The notes beneath the pieces were generated by a model, which saw nothing but the letters and a program-made list of their open reading frames with translations, made no database searches and was not told the DNA's origin. Source: Verrucomicrobiia bacterium (GTDB taxonomy: Bacteria > Verrucomicrobiota > Verrucomicrobiia > Limisphaerales > JAYPXF01). From it: 64,000 nucleotides of DNA. Both the position numbers and the translations under genes were made by a program. This document shows, one piece after another, positions 1 to 10,084 of this stretch (within the stretch, counting starts at the first letter, position 1; each line of letters begins with the position of its first letter). The DNA lies in NCBI GenBank assembly GCA_016779125.1, contig JADHOF010000001.1, positions 120-64,119 on the forward strand, given 5' to 3'.

Positions 1-795
1 TTCCTTCACGACCCCGACAACATTCTGCATCTGCTGCTGAACACGGCCATGTTGTGGTTCTTTGGACGGCAGGTGGAAGGCTTTCTCGGAAGGATGGCTT
101 TCCTCAAACTCTATCTTTTCTGCGGGGTGGTCGGCGGACTTACCCAACTGCTGGTAAGCTGGTCCTTCGCGGGCAAGCTGCAACCGGAACTGGCGGTGCT
201 CGGGGCTTCGGCCGGAGTCTGCGGCCTGATCGCCGCCTTTGCCGCCATCCACTGGGAGCAGAAACTGATCCTTTGGCTTTTCTTTATCATTCCCGTCCCG
301 ATGCGAGGCAAGAATGTCGTACTCGTCCTCATGGGGCTCTGCCTTCTCGGCGCGTGGATCGGCGGTTCAAACATCGCCCACGCGGCGCATTTCGGCGGCA
401 TCTGGATGGGTCTCGTCTACATCCGCTGGATCGTGCAGGCGGATCGCGTGCTCAACGCGTGGGAGGCCCTTCGCGATCGCGTCCGGCCCCGTCCATTCAT
501 CGAACCGGTCGAATCTCCTCCGCCCCCTTTCGCCGCGGTGGATGAATTCCCTCCGGTGACGGAGCATGAACCGCAGACCGACCACGAGACCCTTGAACTC
601 ATGCGGGCGGCGACGGAATCGGCCACGACAGACCGTGTTGACGAGGGAGCGGACGAAGACCTCGCGCCCGCCGAATTCATCGCACTCCGAGTCGATCCGA
701 TTCTGGAGAAAATCAGCGAGCACGGAATCGACTGCCTCAACGAGCAGGAACGCCGCATTCTCGAACGCGCCCGCGATCTGGTCTCGCCGCGATGA
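1..795 (+). CDS. Rhomboid-family intramembrane serine protease (5' end outside window) with an acidic/Pro-rich C-terminal tail
   Basis: Frame 1 is open from nt 1 (FLHDPDNILHLLLNTAMLWFFGRQVE). It has multiple TM helices, a GASAG serine motif and a HAAHFGG histidine motif typical of rhomboids. Confidence 0.8.
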   Translation, partial: FLHDPDNILHLLLNTAMLWFFGRQVEGFLGRMAFLKLYLFCGVVGGLTQLLVSWSFAGKLQPELAVLGASAGVCGLIAAFAAIHWEQKLILWLFFIIPVPMRGKNVVLVLMGLCLLGAWIGGSNIAHAAHFGGIWMGLVYIRWIVQADRVLNAWEALRDRVRPRPFIEPVESPPPPFAAVDEFPPVTEHEPQTDHETLELMRAATESATTDRVDEGADEDLAPAEFIALRVDPILEKISEHGIDCLNEQERRILERARDLVSPR

Positions 796-804
796 CCGGG
801 CGCT

Positions 805-1344
805 TCACGGCATCGGTTGATGCAGATGGATCTCGTGCTTGAGGTAATACTCGGCGTTCCAGACGTACTTCTCCGCCCACCATTTCAAACCCCTGCGTTT
901 TTCTTCGGACAAGGCTTTGACGACCTTCGCCGGCGAGCCCAACACCATTGAGCCGTCCGGGATTTTCATACCTCCCGTCACCAGCGCCCCGGCCCCGATC
1001 AGGCACTGATTGCCGATTTCAGCCCCGTCCAAAATGATTGCGCCCATGCCGATCAGGCACTCGTCCCCGATCGTGCAGGCGTGAATCACCGCCGAGTGCC
1101 CGATCGTCGTCCATTCTCCCACACGGACGCCGTAGTCATCGGAAAGATGGACCACCGTGTTGTCCTGAATGTTGGTGTTCGCGCCGATTTCGATTCGATT
1201 GATGTCCCCGCGCAGCACCACTCCCGGCCAAACGCTGGCGTGGTCCCCCACGGTCACATCACCCAATACCGTCGCGCCTCGGGCGACATAGACGCCTTTC
1301 CCAAACTTGGGCAGTTTGCCGAAATGCTGTTCCAAGCGTTCCAT
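805..1344 (-). CDS. Gamma-class carbonic anhydrase-like / left-handed beta-helix (hexapeptide repeat) protein, YrdA/PaaY-like
   Basis: VLGDVTVGDHASVWPGVVLRGDINRIEIGANTNIQDNTVVHL plus further hexapeptide repeats. The start is chosen at MERLEQ (ATG 1344). The ORF also allows 1368 or 1431. Confidence 0.8.
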   Translation of the reverse strand: MERLEQHFGKLPKFGKGVYVARGATVLGDVTVGDHASVWPGVVLRGDINRIEIGANTNIQDNTVVHLSDDYGVRVGEWTTIGHSAVIHACTIGDECLIGMGAIILDGAEIGNQCLIGAGALVTGGMKIPDGSMVLGSPAKVVKALSEEKRRGLKWWAEKYVWNAEYYLKHEIHLHQPMP

Positions 1345-1439
1345 GTGCCGATTCCGTTCCGTGCTCATGCGGGGAGAGTTTCGCAAATTGCCGCTACTTT
1401 CAACTGACCTGACGCCCCTTTTCAGCTTCAATCGTATCC

Positions 1440-1949
1440 ATGTCAGACACCGAGCCGAAATCGAAGCCCTTGGTTGGGATCATCATGGGCAGCCAGTCGG
1501 ATTGGGACACCATGCAACACGCGGCCGATCAGCTGCGGGACCTCGGTGTGCCCTTCGAAGCCAAAGTGGTCTCCGCCCACCGCACGCCCGATCTGCTCTT
1601 CGAATACGCCTCCACAGCCGCCGATCGCGGCCTTGAGGTCATCATCGCCGGTGCCGGCGGTGCCGCACATCTTCCGGGAATGGTCGCCAGCAAGACCGCC
1701 CTGCCCGTGCTCGGCGTCCCCGTGCAATCCCGCGCGTTGAATGGTCTCGATTCACTCCTCTCCATCGTCCAGATGCCCGGCGGCGTCCCTGTCGGCACGC
1801 TCGCCATCGGCAAAGCCGGGGCCAAAAACGCGGCGCTGCTCGGGATCGCCATGCTGGGAAACAAGTATCCGGAATTCCGAGCCGCCTATGAAAGATTCCG
1901 CGCGGAACAGACCGAGACGGTTCTGACCACGCACACGCTGCCCGTCTGA
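1440..1949 (+). CDS. purE: 5-(carboxyamino)imidazole ribonucleotide mutase
   Basis: [14 protein letters not shown]...VVSAHRTPD...[26 protein letters not shown] is the classic PurE signature. The length of 169 aa fits. Confidence 0.95.
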   Translation: MSDTEPKSKPLVGIIMGSQSDWDTMQHAADQLRDLGVPFEAKVVSAHRTPDLLFEYASTAADRGLEVIIAGAGGAAHLPGMVASKTALPVLGVPVQSRALNGLDSLLSIVQMPGGVPVGTLAIGKAGAKNAALLGIAMLGNKYPEFRAAYERFRAEQTETVLTTHTLPV

Positions 1950-1972
1950 TTCGGAAAGGAAAGCCCCGCCGT

Positions 1973-3316
1973 TCAGGTCAATCCCGTGAGCGTGCTCCTG
2001 CTGTCGCTGAAGGAATCCGCCTCAACCCCCATCGCCTGCGCCAAGGTCAGCAAAACATTGGCGAGCGGTGGATGATCCTTCTCGTCATGGGCAAGATGTT
2101 GCCCGTGTTTCAATCCCAGTTTGCGTCCACCAGCGACCAGCAACGGTAGATTCTTCGGCGAGTGCCCCCCACCGGCACCCGAGTTCATGCCGGAACCGAA
2201 AAAGATCATCGTGCGATCCAACATGCTGCCATCGGCCTCGCGGGTGGATTTCAGGAAGGTCAGAAAGCGGTCGAGCCGGCCGAGATGAAACCGGTCGATC
2301 TTGGCCAGACTGGCGAGCATCGCCGGATCGCCACCGTGATGGGAAAATTGATGATGCCCCTCACCTCCGCCGCCAAACCCGCCGGCCTCACGGGACCATT
2401 CGAAGGTGATCACCCGGGTCGTGTCCGTCAGAAACGCGAGATAGCTGATCTCCATCATCACATCGATCCACATCGGTCGGTCATGCGCGTTGCCCGCTTG
2501 GCTGTTCAGCTGAAGGTTCCGGCCGTCCACCTTCGGCTTCGGGACATCAACCCAGGCCTCCAGACGTTGAACCCGTTGCTCCGTTTCACGGACTGAGCCG
2601 AGATATTCGTCGAGCTTCGATTGATCCGCCTTTCCAAGCCGGTCGTGCAGCTTCTTCGCGTCCCCGAGAATGCTGTCCAAGATGGATTTCTTCTCGGCGT
2701 ATCGTTTCAGCGTGGCCGCGCGGTCCGTCGCGCTCTCGGGCACAAACAGCCGATCGAACAGACGTTGCGGCGAATTCTCCGCCGGCAGCGGCGTACCACT
2801 GCGGCCGAAGCTGAGAGTATGACTGTGCCCGGCCGATCCCGTGCCGGAACCATCCGCCAGCTGAAGAGACGTGAAGCGCGTGTCCTTGCCATGTTTCTCG
2901 GCGATGATCTGATCAACGGAAACGGTGTTCGTGTAGTCCGATCCCGGCACGGCTTTCAGGTCGGCACCGGTCAGCCACGTGTCCGCGCCGCTGTGCCCGC
3001 CCGTGCAACGTGGATGCCCGAGTCCCGAAAGGACGGTGAAGTCGTCGCGATGTTCCTTCAGCACGGACAGCGACTTGGACAAAGCATAGCTCCGCCCGCC
3101 CTCCTTCGGCAGCCATTCCATGATATTCACCCCGTTCGGAATGTAGCAGAAGATCGCGCGCGGCTGGACCATGTCGGACTTCGCCAAGGGCTTGAACTTG
3201 GACGGAGCCCCCAGCGCCGCCGGCATCATCGCGTCGAGTAGCGGAAGGGATAGACTGACCCCAAGGCCGCGCAATACGTGACGTCGGGACAACGGGGATT
3301 TGAGGTTCAGGTTCAT
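1973..3316 (-). CDS. DUF1552-family protein with Tat-type signal (usual partner of DUF1592-family proteins in PVC bacteria)
   Basis: N-terminal RRHVLRGLGVSLSLPLLDAM and the GHHQFSHHGGD motif. It lies in the same operon as the DUF1592-type gene. Confidence 0.75.
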   Translation of the reverse strand: MNLNLKSPLSRRHVLRGLGVSLSLPLLDAMMPAALGAPSKFKPLAKSDMVQPRAIFCYIPNGVNIMEWLPKEGGRSYALSKSLSVLKEHRDDFTVLSGLGHPRCTGGHSGADTWLTGADLKAVPGSDYTNTVSVDQIIAEKHGKDTRFTSLQLADGSGTGSAGHSHTLSFGRSGTPLPAENSPQRLFDRLFVPESATDRAATLKRYAEKKSILDSILGDAKKLHDRLGKADQSKLDEYLGSVRETEQRVQRLEAWVDVPKPKVDGRNLQLNSQAGNAHDRPMWIDVMMEISYLAFLTDTTRVITFEWSREAGGFGGGGEGHHQFSHHGGDPAMLASLAKIDRFHLGRLDRFLTFLKSTREADGSMLDRTMIFFGSGMNSGAGGGHSPKNLPLLVAGGRKLGLKHGQHLAHDEKDHPPLANVLLTLAQAMGVEADSFSDSRSTLTGLT

Positions 3317-3325
3317 GTGATTTGA

Positions 3326-3772
3326 TCAAGCGTTTCTCAGCCACGTAACCCTCAGATCAGACATACCCAGAAAGTATTTGTCCAAGGTCACAATTCCATA
3401 GGCCCCGGCTTTGGCGAACGCAGCCAGGTAGGCATCCGTCCATGCGGAATGTTTTGAATGGGCCGACCGGGTCAATTGCCTGAACTGTTCTTCGAGACCG
3501 ACAGGCTCGTTCGCAAAATTTACCCGCGGATCTCGGACCAAATGTTCAAAACATTCCCATGCCCCCGCCTGCGACACCGCGTTCCCGTCCCCCATCACCT
3601 TTGCGTTCGTGAGATGCCGCAAGAGCGCCATCTGGGTGATGCGACAAAACGCGCAGCTGCCGTCGCGCTGCTCATCAAACCAGGCCAGCGCCACCGTATG
3701 GTGCAAGTGATCCGCAGCCACCAAGGCCAACCACACGTTGGCATCGACGATGTTAGTCCCAGAGGCTGCCAT
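3326..3772 (-). CDS. vapC: PIN-domain ribonuclease toxin (VapC family)
   Basis: IVDANVWLALV...HH..A..WF is a PIN N-terminal acidic motif. It is 148 aa and overlaps the upstream small ORF by 20 nt. Confidence 0.75.
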   Translation of the reverse strand: MAASGTNIVDANVWLALVAADHLHHTVALAWFDEQRDGSCAFCRITQMALLRHLTNAKVMGDGNAVSQAGAWECFEHLVRDPRVNFANEPVGLEEQFRQLTRSAHSKHSAWTDAYLAAFAKAGAYGIVTLDKYFLGMSDLRVTWLRNA

Positions 3773-3989
3773 CCAGATCTTCCCTCGTCGGATCGATGAT
3801 TCTTCCCGTGCCGGGGATCAACGGGAGTGAAACCCTCTGAATCCCTCCCGGCGCCGACTCCCCGGCATCATCTGGAATTACCGTTAGAAAGCCCTTGCCG
3901 TGCCTGGGGAGCAAACCGGGTTCGCGAGCGGTCACCAACCCGTCGTCAATATCTACTTCAAGCGTCACGAGGCTCATAATTCGATTCAA
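3753..3989 (-). CDS. Putative antitoxin partner of VapC (family not recognised)
   Basis: A 78-aa ORF immediately upstream of the PIN gene and overlapping it. The call rests on position only. The start could be 3989 or 3977. Confidence 0.4.
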   Translation of the reverse strand: MNRIMSLVTLEVDIDDGLVTAREPGLLPRHGKGFLTVIPDDAGESAPGGIQRVSLPLIPGTGRIIDPTREDLDGSLWD

Positions 3990-4017
3990 ACTCTCTGCTC
4001 ATTCTCCACCTCAACCG

Positions 4018-6852
4018 TCATTTGGTCAAAAACGGTTTACTTGTGGCGATATAGTGAATCAAGGAGCGAAGGGTGTATCCGTTGTTTTTCATCGCGCCCA
4101 CGGCCTCCGACACGAAGGGCGCGTCCGCGACACCCAGTTCGCGGCCGACGGCGTAGCTGAGCATCTTGCCGGCGATGCATTTAAGGAACAGGTCTTCCTT
4201 CTTCACCAGCGCGTCCTGCAGATCCTCGATCCCTTCGATCTGGGTGCCGTCCGGAAGCTGCGAGGCCGCGTTGATCTTCGGATCGTTGTCCTGCACGCGT
4301 CCCTTCCAGCCGAAGCCTTCCCGCTCCCGCCACTCGCCGGCGGCGTTGAAATTCTCCAATGCGAAGCCGAGTGGATCGATCTTGTCGTGGCAGCGCGCGC
4401 ACTGGGGCAGTTCACGGTGAATCTCCAGACGCTTGCGAACGGTGGCCTTGTCGATCCCCGGCACCTTCGGCGAAAGGTCCCCCGCGTTGGCGACGGGCAG
4501 GCCGGGATCTGTCCCGAGGATGTTTTTAAGCAACCAGACACCGCGTTTCACCGGCGAGGTGCGCGTGCCGTTGGACGTGATGCTCAGGATCGACGCCTGG
4601 GTCATCACACCGCCGCGCTTGGATCCGGCCGGCAGACTGACCCGCCGAAACGCGTCCCCCCGGACGCCGGGCACGTTGTAGAAGCGGGCGAGGCGCTCGT
4701 TAAGGACGGCAAAATCCGACTTGATCAGGTTCAACGCGCTCAGGTCATGCCGCAGAATCTCGGCGAAAAAGTTTTCCGATTCCGCGACGGCCGAGGTTTC
4801 AAGATGCCGGTCGTATTTCGGATACAGGTCCGACGCGGGTGGATTGGCCCCGACCTCCCGGAGTCCCAGCCATTGCCCGGCGAAGTTTTCCGTCAACGCC
4901 GCAGACCGGCCGTCCTCCAGCATCCGATCGACCTGCGCCAGCACCACGCCGCCGTCGAGCAACTTGTCCGCGTCCGCCAGTTCGAACAATTTTTCATCCG
5001 GCATGGTGGACCAAAGAAAATAGGAAAGCCGGGTCGCAACTTCGTGGCTGGTCAACACACGCGGATTGCCGCCCGAACCCGGGCCCGGTTCGGCCAGATA
5101 GAGAAAGTCCGGCGAGGCCAGCACGCCGATGAGGGGAATCTTGATCGCCTCGACAAACGTGGGCTTGTCGTTCCGCACGGCGTCGTAAAGCTTCATCTTC
5201 GTGTCAATCTCACCGGCCGTAACCGCACGCCGGTACGCCCTCCGCATGAACGTCGCCAACACGTCGCGCGCGTATGCCCGCTCGTCGGAGTTCGCCAAGG
5301 TCGAATCGGGGAGAATCGTTCGATGGCTCGGAGGTGGCCAGGATTCGTAAACCGGCCCTTCCAACTCGAACCAATCCAGCCACGCTTCCGGCCTCGCGAA
5401 GTCATCCCCCGTCTGACACCAAAAATTCTCCAATACGGAAGGAATACTGTAGGCGTATCGAACCTTGATGCCCGCCTTCTCGGTGGTGAAACGCGTGCGA
5501 AACTCGTAGACCTTCGGTTCGGACTTTGGAGCGTCCACATCCCACTCGGCCACGGTTGCGGGTTGTCCTCCCAGATTGACCAGCAGTTGCAGCCGGGGCG
5601 GGCCATAGTCATAGATCCGATCATTCTCAAAGTGTTTCAGATCGGTCGACAGGCTCTTGCGTCGCCGCTCCGCGTCTCGCGGATCTTTTTTGGCGCGCTC
5701 GACGATACGAGCCTCCAAGGACTTGCGCGCTCCCGCGACAACCTCGGCCCGATCCGGCACCCGGCCACCAACCCTCACCCGGATGACGTACTCGCCTTCG
5801 GTAAAGACCCGAAAGTCGCGGGCGTCGGGAACCAGATTCCACGAGTCGTGATGCATCACGGTGAAGTCGCCCTCCTTGCGGTTCTTTCCTCCGTGGACAA
5901 TCGGACGCTGTTTGCCGAGCTGAATCCGGTGACTGTCACTGTCCCCCTCTTCCGGTTGAAAACGCCATTTGATCTTCTCGGGCTGCGGCCCCTCAACCAA
6001 AGCCCGATCAAGAATCCCTTGGGCCATTTCGATGAAGAGTTCCAGGTGGAGCGGCGAGATGGTGAGCGCCGCAGAGTTGTTGTCGAATCCGCCCGCCGCC
6101 GGATCCTGCGGAAAAGCGGACACATCGTAGTCCACGCCGGTCAGATCGCGGATCGTGTTCCGATACTCGGTGCGATTCATGCGACGCAGAACGATCGCGC
6201 CGTCGCGACGAACCAGTTCCGCGGACACCATCTGCCTTGTGATCCAATCAACCACCTTGGCCACCTCATCGGTCTTCGGTTGCGGCTCTTCTTCCGGCGG
6301 CATCTCATGACTGTTGAGCACATCGACCACCTCGCCCCATTTCTCCTTGGTCGCCGCGTCCAGAAAGTCGGTGCTCAAATCGCGGTCCACGCGGAAGCTC
6401 GCCTTGTCCTTCTCAGGTCCATGACATCGCACGCAATGCGTCTTCAAGAAGGGCTGAATCGTGCCCGTAAAACCCGACTCGTCCGCGTCAAACGAAACAT
6501 TCCCCGACGAAGAGCCGTCCCCGAGCAGACCCGCCCGCAGGTCGCCGCCGCGATGGCCGCCACCCAGTTTCAGGAAGGCGAACGTCCCGACCGTCGCAAC
6601 CAACAGGCAGACGCCCGCTCCGACAGAAAGCTTCTTCCACTTCTTCTTTCCCCTCGAAGCCGAGGCGACCTCCATCCCGTCACCATCCGGCGGCACGATT
6701 CCTTCGACCTCCGCCAAAGGGATCCAACCCTCGATCCCCTCGTGCCAGGCCCGATCACGCGGCGACATGCTTCCCTCCGCGAGATACCGGTTCATCTCCT
6801 CAAGCGAGTACGGACCAAAGTCCTCCCCATTCCGTTGAATATAGATCTGCAT
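4018..6852 (-). CDS. DUF1587/DUF1592/DUF1595/DUF1588/DUF1585-type multidomain protein with a cytochrome-c-like CxxCH, an N-terminal GYF_2-like domain and one TM helix
   Basis: CVRCHGPEKDK and CARCHDKIDPLGFALENF motifs, 944 aa, paired with DUF1552. The N-terminus is IYIQRNGEDFGPYSLEEM...WHEGIEGWIPLAEV, followed by the TM helix LSVGAGVCLLVATVGTFAFL. Confidence 0.8.
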   Translation of the reverse strand: MQIYIQRNGEDFGPYSLEEMNRYLAEGSMSPRDRAWHEGIEGWIPLAEVEGIVPPDGDGMEVASASRGKKKWKKLSVGAGVCLLVATVGTFAFLKLGGGHRGGDLRAGLLGDGSSSGNVSFDADESGFTGTIQPFLKTHCVRCHGPEKDKASFRVDRDLSTDFLDAATKEKWGEVVDVLNSHEMPPEEEPQPKTDEVAKVVDWITRQMVSAELVRRDGAIVLRRMNRTEYRNTIRDLTGVDYDVSAFPQDPAAGGFDNNSAALTISPLHLELFIEMAQGILDRALVEGPQPEKIKWRFQPEEGDSDSHRIQLGKQRPIVHGGKNRKEGDFTVMHHDSWNLVPDARDFRVFTEGEYVIRVRVGGRVPDRAEVVAGARKSLEARIVERAKKDPRDAERRRKSLSTDLKHFENDRIYDYGPPRLQLLVNLGGQPATVAEWDVDAPKSEPKVYEFRTRFTTEKAGIKVRYAYSIPSVLENFWCQTGDDFARPEAWLDWFELEGPVYESWPPPSHRTILPDSTLANSDERAYARDVLATFMRRAYRRAVTAGEIDTKMKLYDAVRNDKPTFVEAIKIPLIGVLASPDFLYLAEPGPGSGGNPRVLTSHEVATRLSYFLWSTMPDEKLFELADADKLLDGGVVLAQVDRMLEDGRSAALTENFAGQWLGLREVGANPPASDLYPKYDRHLETSAVAESENFFAEILRHDLSALNLIKSDFAVLNERLARFYNVPGVRGDAFRRVSLPAGSKRGGVMTQASILSITSNGTRTSPVKRGVWLLKNILGTDPGLPVANAGDLSPKVPGIDKATVRKRLEIHRELPQCARCHDKIDPLGFALENFNAAGEWREREGFGWKGRVQDNDPKINAASQLPDGTQIEGIEDLQDALVKKEDLFLKCIAGKMLSYAVGRELGVADAPFVSEAVGAMKNNGYTLRSLIHYIATSKPFLTK

Positions 6853-7006
6853 TCTGGAAACCGATCAACAAACTAAGGCAACATCCCTCGGCATAAAGCC
6901 TCTTTTCGGTCCGGGTTCCATGGTTTCAGTCACAATCCCGACGCCTGCTTGCCGGCGGTTCCCTCTTTGACTAGCTTCCGCTTGCTTTGATCTTCCGCCC
7001 CTTCGC

Positions 7007-8221
7007 ATGGCCTTCGACAAAACAAAGCTTAGCGACCTGAAACTGGATCGTGAGAACGAAGATCGCCCTTCGCGATCAGGCGTCCTCTGGCTTGTGCTGC
7101 TGTTGGCTGCGGCGGGCGGTGCGGTGTGGGGCGCGCTTTGGTGGCAAAAGGGTGCCACGCTGGAAGTCATGACGGTGCCGGTGCGCAGGATCACGACGGG
7201 GGAAAACGCAACGGTCCTGAACGCCACAGGTTACGTCGAACCGCGTCGTCTCTCCACCGTCTCATCCAAGGTCACCGGCAAGATTACGGAGGTGCTCGTC
7301 GAGGAGGGCATGCGGGTCGAGTCGGGACAGGTCCTCGCACGACTGGACACGACCAACATCGACGTGAACCGGCGATTGGCCGAGGCGCAGTTGGCCGTCT
7401 CCAAATCGGCCCGGACAGAAACCATGGTCAGGCGGCACGAGGCGGATCTGGAATTGCAGCGCGTGAAGAGGCTGGTGCGGGAGGAAATCTCGACCCGGAC
7501 AGAATTGGACAGGGCCACGGCCTCTTTCGACGCGATCGTCGCCCAGCTGGAACGACAGAACGAGGAGGTGAAAGTCGCCGAGCGGCAGGTCGAACTCTGG
7601 CAGCAGGAGTTGGAAGACCGGGTGATCCGCGCTCCGTTCACCGGCGTTGTCGTGGACAAGAACGCACAGCCGGGGGAGATGATCTCACCGATGTCCTCCG
7701 GTGGTTTTACACGGACGGGGATCTGCACGATCGTCGACATGAATTCCTTGGAGATCGAAGTCGATGTCAACGAGGCCTATATCAATCGCGTCCGGCCAGA
7801 CATGCCCGTGGAGGCCAGGCTGGACGCCTATCCGGACTGGAAAATCCCCTGCCGGGTCGTCGCCATCATTCCAACCGCGGATCGAAACAAGGCCACCGTG
7901 AAAGTCCGTATCGCCTTCAACAAACTGGACGAACGCCTGTTGCCGGACATGGGCGTCAAGGTCGCGTTCCAGTCCGTGCCCAACGAGGCCGCGCCCGCCG
8001 TTCAATATGTCATTCCCTCGGCAGCGGTAACGGAACAAGGCGGAAGAAAGGTCGTTTATATGATCTCAAAAGGGGTTGTGGAACGGCGGGCCGTGACTTT
8101 GGGGGATGAGAACAACGGCGTCGTGACGGTTCTGGCCGGCGTCAATGGCGGCGAGAAAGTTGTTTCTCCTGTTCCCGACGGCTTCAAGCCAGGCATCAGC
8201 GTGAAGGAAAAAATACAATGA
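7007..8221 (+). CDS. Efflux periplasmic adaptor (HlyD/MacA-like membrane fusion protein)
   Basis: N-terminal TM helix, coiled-coil hairpin region and beta-barrel region (RAPFTGVVVDKNAQPGEMI). Its stop overlaps the ABC ATPase start. Confidence 0.85.
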   Translation: MAFDKTKLSDLKLDRENEDRPSRSGVLWLVLLLAAAGGAVWGALWWQKGATLEVMTVPVRRITTGENATVLNATGYVEPRRLSTVSSKVTGKITEVLVEEGMRVESGQVLARLDTTNIDVNRRLAEAQLAVSKSARTETMVRRHEADLELQRVKRLVREEISTRTELDRATASFDAIVAQLERQNEEVKVAERQVELWQQELEDRVIRAPFTGVVVDKNAQPGEMISPMSSGGFTRTGICTIVDMNSLEIEVDVNEAYINRVRPDMPVEARLDAYPDWKIPCRVVAIIPTADRNKATVKVRIAFNKLDERLLPDMGVKVAFQSVPNEAAPAVQYVIPSAAVTEQGGRKVVYMISKGVVERRAVTLGDENNGVVTVLAGVNGGEKVVSPVPDGFKPGISVKEKIQ

Positions 8222-8916
8222 GTGAAAACGGTGAGGTGCTTGTGAAAGTAAGCGCGGCGGACAAGATCTATCGGCGTGGTTCCGAGGATCTCCACATCTT
8301 GGACAAACTGGAACTTGAGGTTCCACGGGGCGAATTCCTCGCCCTCATGGGCCCGTCCGGATCGGGCAAGAGCACGCTGTTGAATCTCCTCGGCGGCATC
8401 GATCGACCGAACTCCGGTTCTGTTCAAATCGACGGCGACGAGATCAGCCACCTCTCCGACCGCCGCCTGGCGGCCTGGCGTTCGCGGCATGTGGGCTTCG
8501 TCTTTCAGATGTACAATCTTCTGCCGGTTCTGACCGCGGCACGAAACGTCGATCTGCCCCTGCTGCTCACGCGTCTCTCCTCGAAGCAGCGCCGGAAACA
8601 GGTCGAGCTCGCGCTTGGCGCAGTCGGCCTGTCGCATCGTCTCGATCACTATCCGCGCCAACTCTCCGGCGGCGAGCAGCAACGCGTGGGCATCGCCCGG
8701 GCCATTGTCACTGATCCGTCGATCCTGCTGTGCGACGAACCCACCGGCGATCTCGACCGCAAGGCCGGGGATGAAATCCTCGACCTGTTGCAGACGCTGA
8801 ACCGGGATCAGGGCAAAACCATCATCATGGTGACGCACGATCCGCACGCCTCCGCCCGGGCGACTCGAACGCTCTACATGGATGAGGGGAAACTGCGAAC
8901 GGACAATCCAGCATGA
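8218..8916 (+). CDS. ABC transporter ATP-binding protein (MacB/LolD-type)
   Basis: Walker [10 protein letters not shown], signature LSGGEQQRV and Walker [13 protein letters not shown]. Confidence 0.9.
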   Translation: MSENGEVLVKVSAADKIYRRGSEDLHILDKLELEVPRGEFLALMGPSGSGKSTLLNLLGGIDRPNSGSVQIDGDEISHLSDRRLAAWRSRHVGFVFQMYNLLPVLTAARNVDLPLLLTRLSSKQRRKQVELALGAVGLSHRLDHYPRQLSGGEQQRVGIARAIVTDPSILLCDEPTGDLDRKAGDEILDLLQTLNRDQGKTIIMVTHDPHASARATRTLYMDEGKLRTDNPA

Positions 8917-10070
8917 AGTATCTGCCGCTCATCTGGGCCAATCTCAAGCGCCGCAAACTGCGGACCGGGTTGACGATGTCCAGCATCCTCATCGCCTTTC
9001 TGCTCTTCGGCTACCTGTGCGCGATCAAGGAGGCGTTGTCCGCCGGAGTCAGCGTGGCCGGCGCGGATCGCCTGATCGTGCGGCACAAGGTCTCGATCAT
9101 CCAACTCCTGCCCCAAAGTTACCTCGAACGCATCCGCCGTATCGAGGGGGTGAAGGAGGCGGCCCACGCGACCTGGTTTGGCGGCATCTATCAGGAACCC
9201 CGGAATTTCTTCGCGCAAATACCCGTGGTGCCGGAGGAATACTTTTCAATCTACGACGAATTCAGACTGCCGGAGGCGCAGATGAAGAAATGGCTGGCGA
9301 CGAAGAACGGCGCGGTGGTCGGCAAGAACACAGCGGATCGTTTTGGGTGGAAGATCGGCGATCGCATCCCCATCCAGGCGACCATCTACGAGCAGAAGAA
9401 CGGCGAACAGATGTGGGAATTCGATCTCGTCGGCATCTACGACAGCGAAAAGAAGGGCGCAGACACCACACAGTTCTTTTTCCGACAGGACTACTTCGAC
9501 GAGGCCCAGTCCGTCACGGAAGGCATGGTCGGATGGTATTTGATTCGGGTGGATGATTCGGGACATGCCGAAGCTGTGGCCAAGGCGATCGACGAGGAGT
9601 TCGCCAATTCACCTTATGAAACCAAGGCCGAAACGGAGGGAGCCTTCGTCCAGGGGTTCGCCAAACAGATCGGCAACATCACCGCCATCATGATCGCGAT
9701 CATGAGCGCCGTGTTCTTCACGATCCTGCTCGTGGCCGGCAACACCATTGCGCAGTCCGTCCGGGAACGAACCGAGGAAATCGGCGTTTTGAAATCGCTG
9801 GGCTTCACCAACCTTCAGGTGCTCGGGCTGGTGCTCGGAGAATCCTGCTTCCTCTCCGTCCTGGCCGGTGGAGCCGGTCTGGCTCTCGCGTTCGGTTTGA
9901 TCTCACGGGGAGACCCGACAAACGGTTCATTGCCCATCTTCTACCTGCCAACCACAGACCTGATCACGGGCATCCTTCTGATGTTGGTGCTCGGACTGTT
10001 GACGGGACTTGCCCCGGCAATTCAGGCCACGCGGTTGAAGATCGCCGACGCCTTGCGCCGCGCCCATTAG
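8913..10070 (+). CDS. ABC transporter permease, FtsX/MacB-like
   Basis: N-terminal TM helix, large periplasmic domain, C-terminal FtsX-type 3-TM bundle (EIGVLKSLGF). 4-nt overlap with the ATPase gene. Confidence 0.85.
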   Translation: MKYLPLIWANLKRRKLRTGLTMSSILIAFLLFGYLCAIKEALSAGVSVAGADRLIVRHKVSIIQLLPQSYLERIRRIEGVKEAAHATWFGGIYQEPRNFFAQIPVVPEEYFSIYDEFRLPEAQMKKWLATKNGAVVGKNTADRFGWKIGDRIPIQATIYEQKNGEQMWEFDLVGIYDSEKKGADTTQFFFRQDYFDEAQSVTEGMVGWYLIRVDDSGHAEAVAKAIDEEFANSPYETKAETEGAFVQGFAKQIGNITAIMIAIMSAVFFTILLVAGNTIAQSVRERTEEIGVLKSLGFTNLQVLGLVLGESCFLSVLAGGAGLALAFGLISRGDPTNGSLPIFYLPTTDLITGILLMLVLGLLTGLAPAIQATRLKIADALRRAH

Positions 10071-10084
10071 GAGGAATTCACGCC

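Noticed and set aside
3895-6876. A 993-aa ORF on the + strand
   Set aside because: It is antisense to the DUF1592-type gene, whose protein has recognisable domains. The + strand translation is Arg/Pro/Gly-rich low-complexity sequence, typical of shadow ORFs in high-GC DNA.
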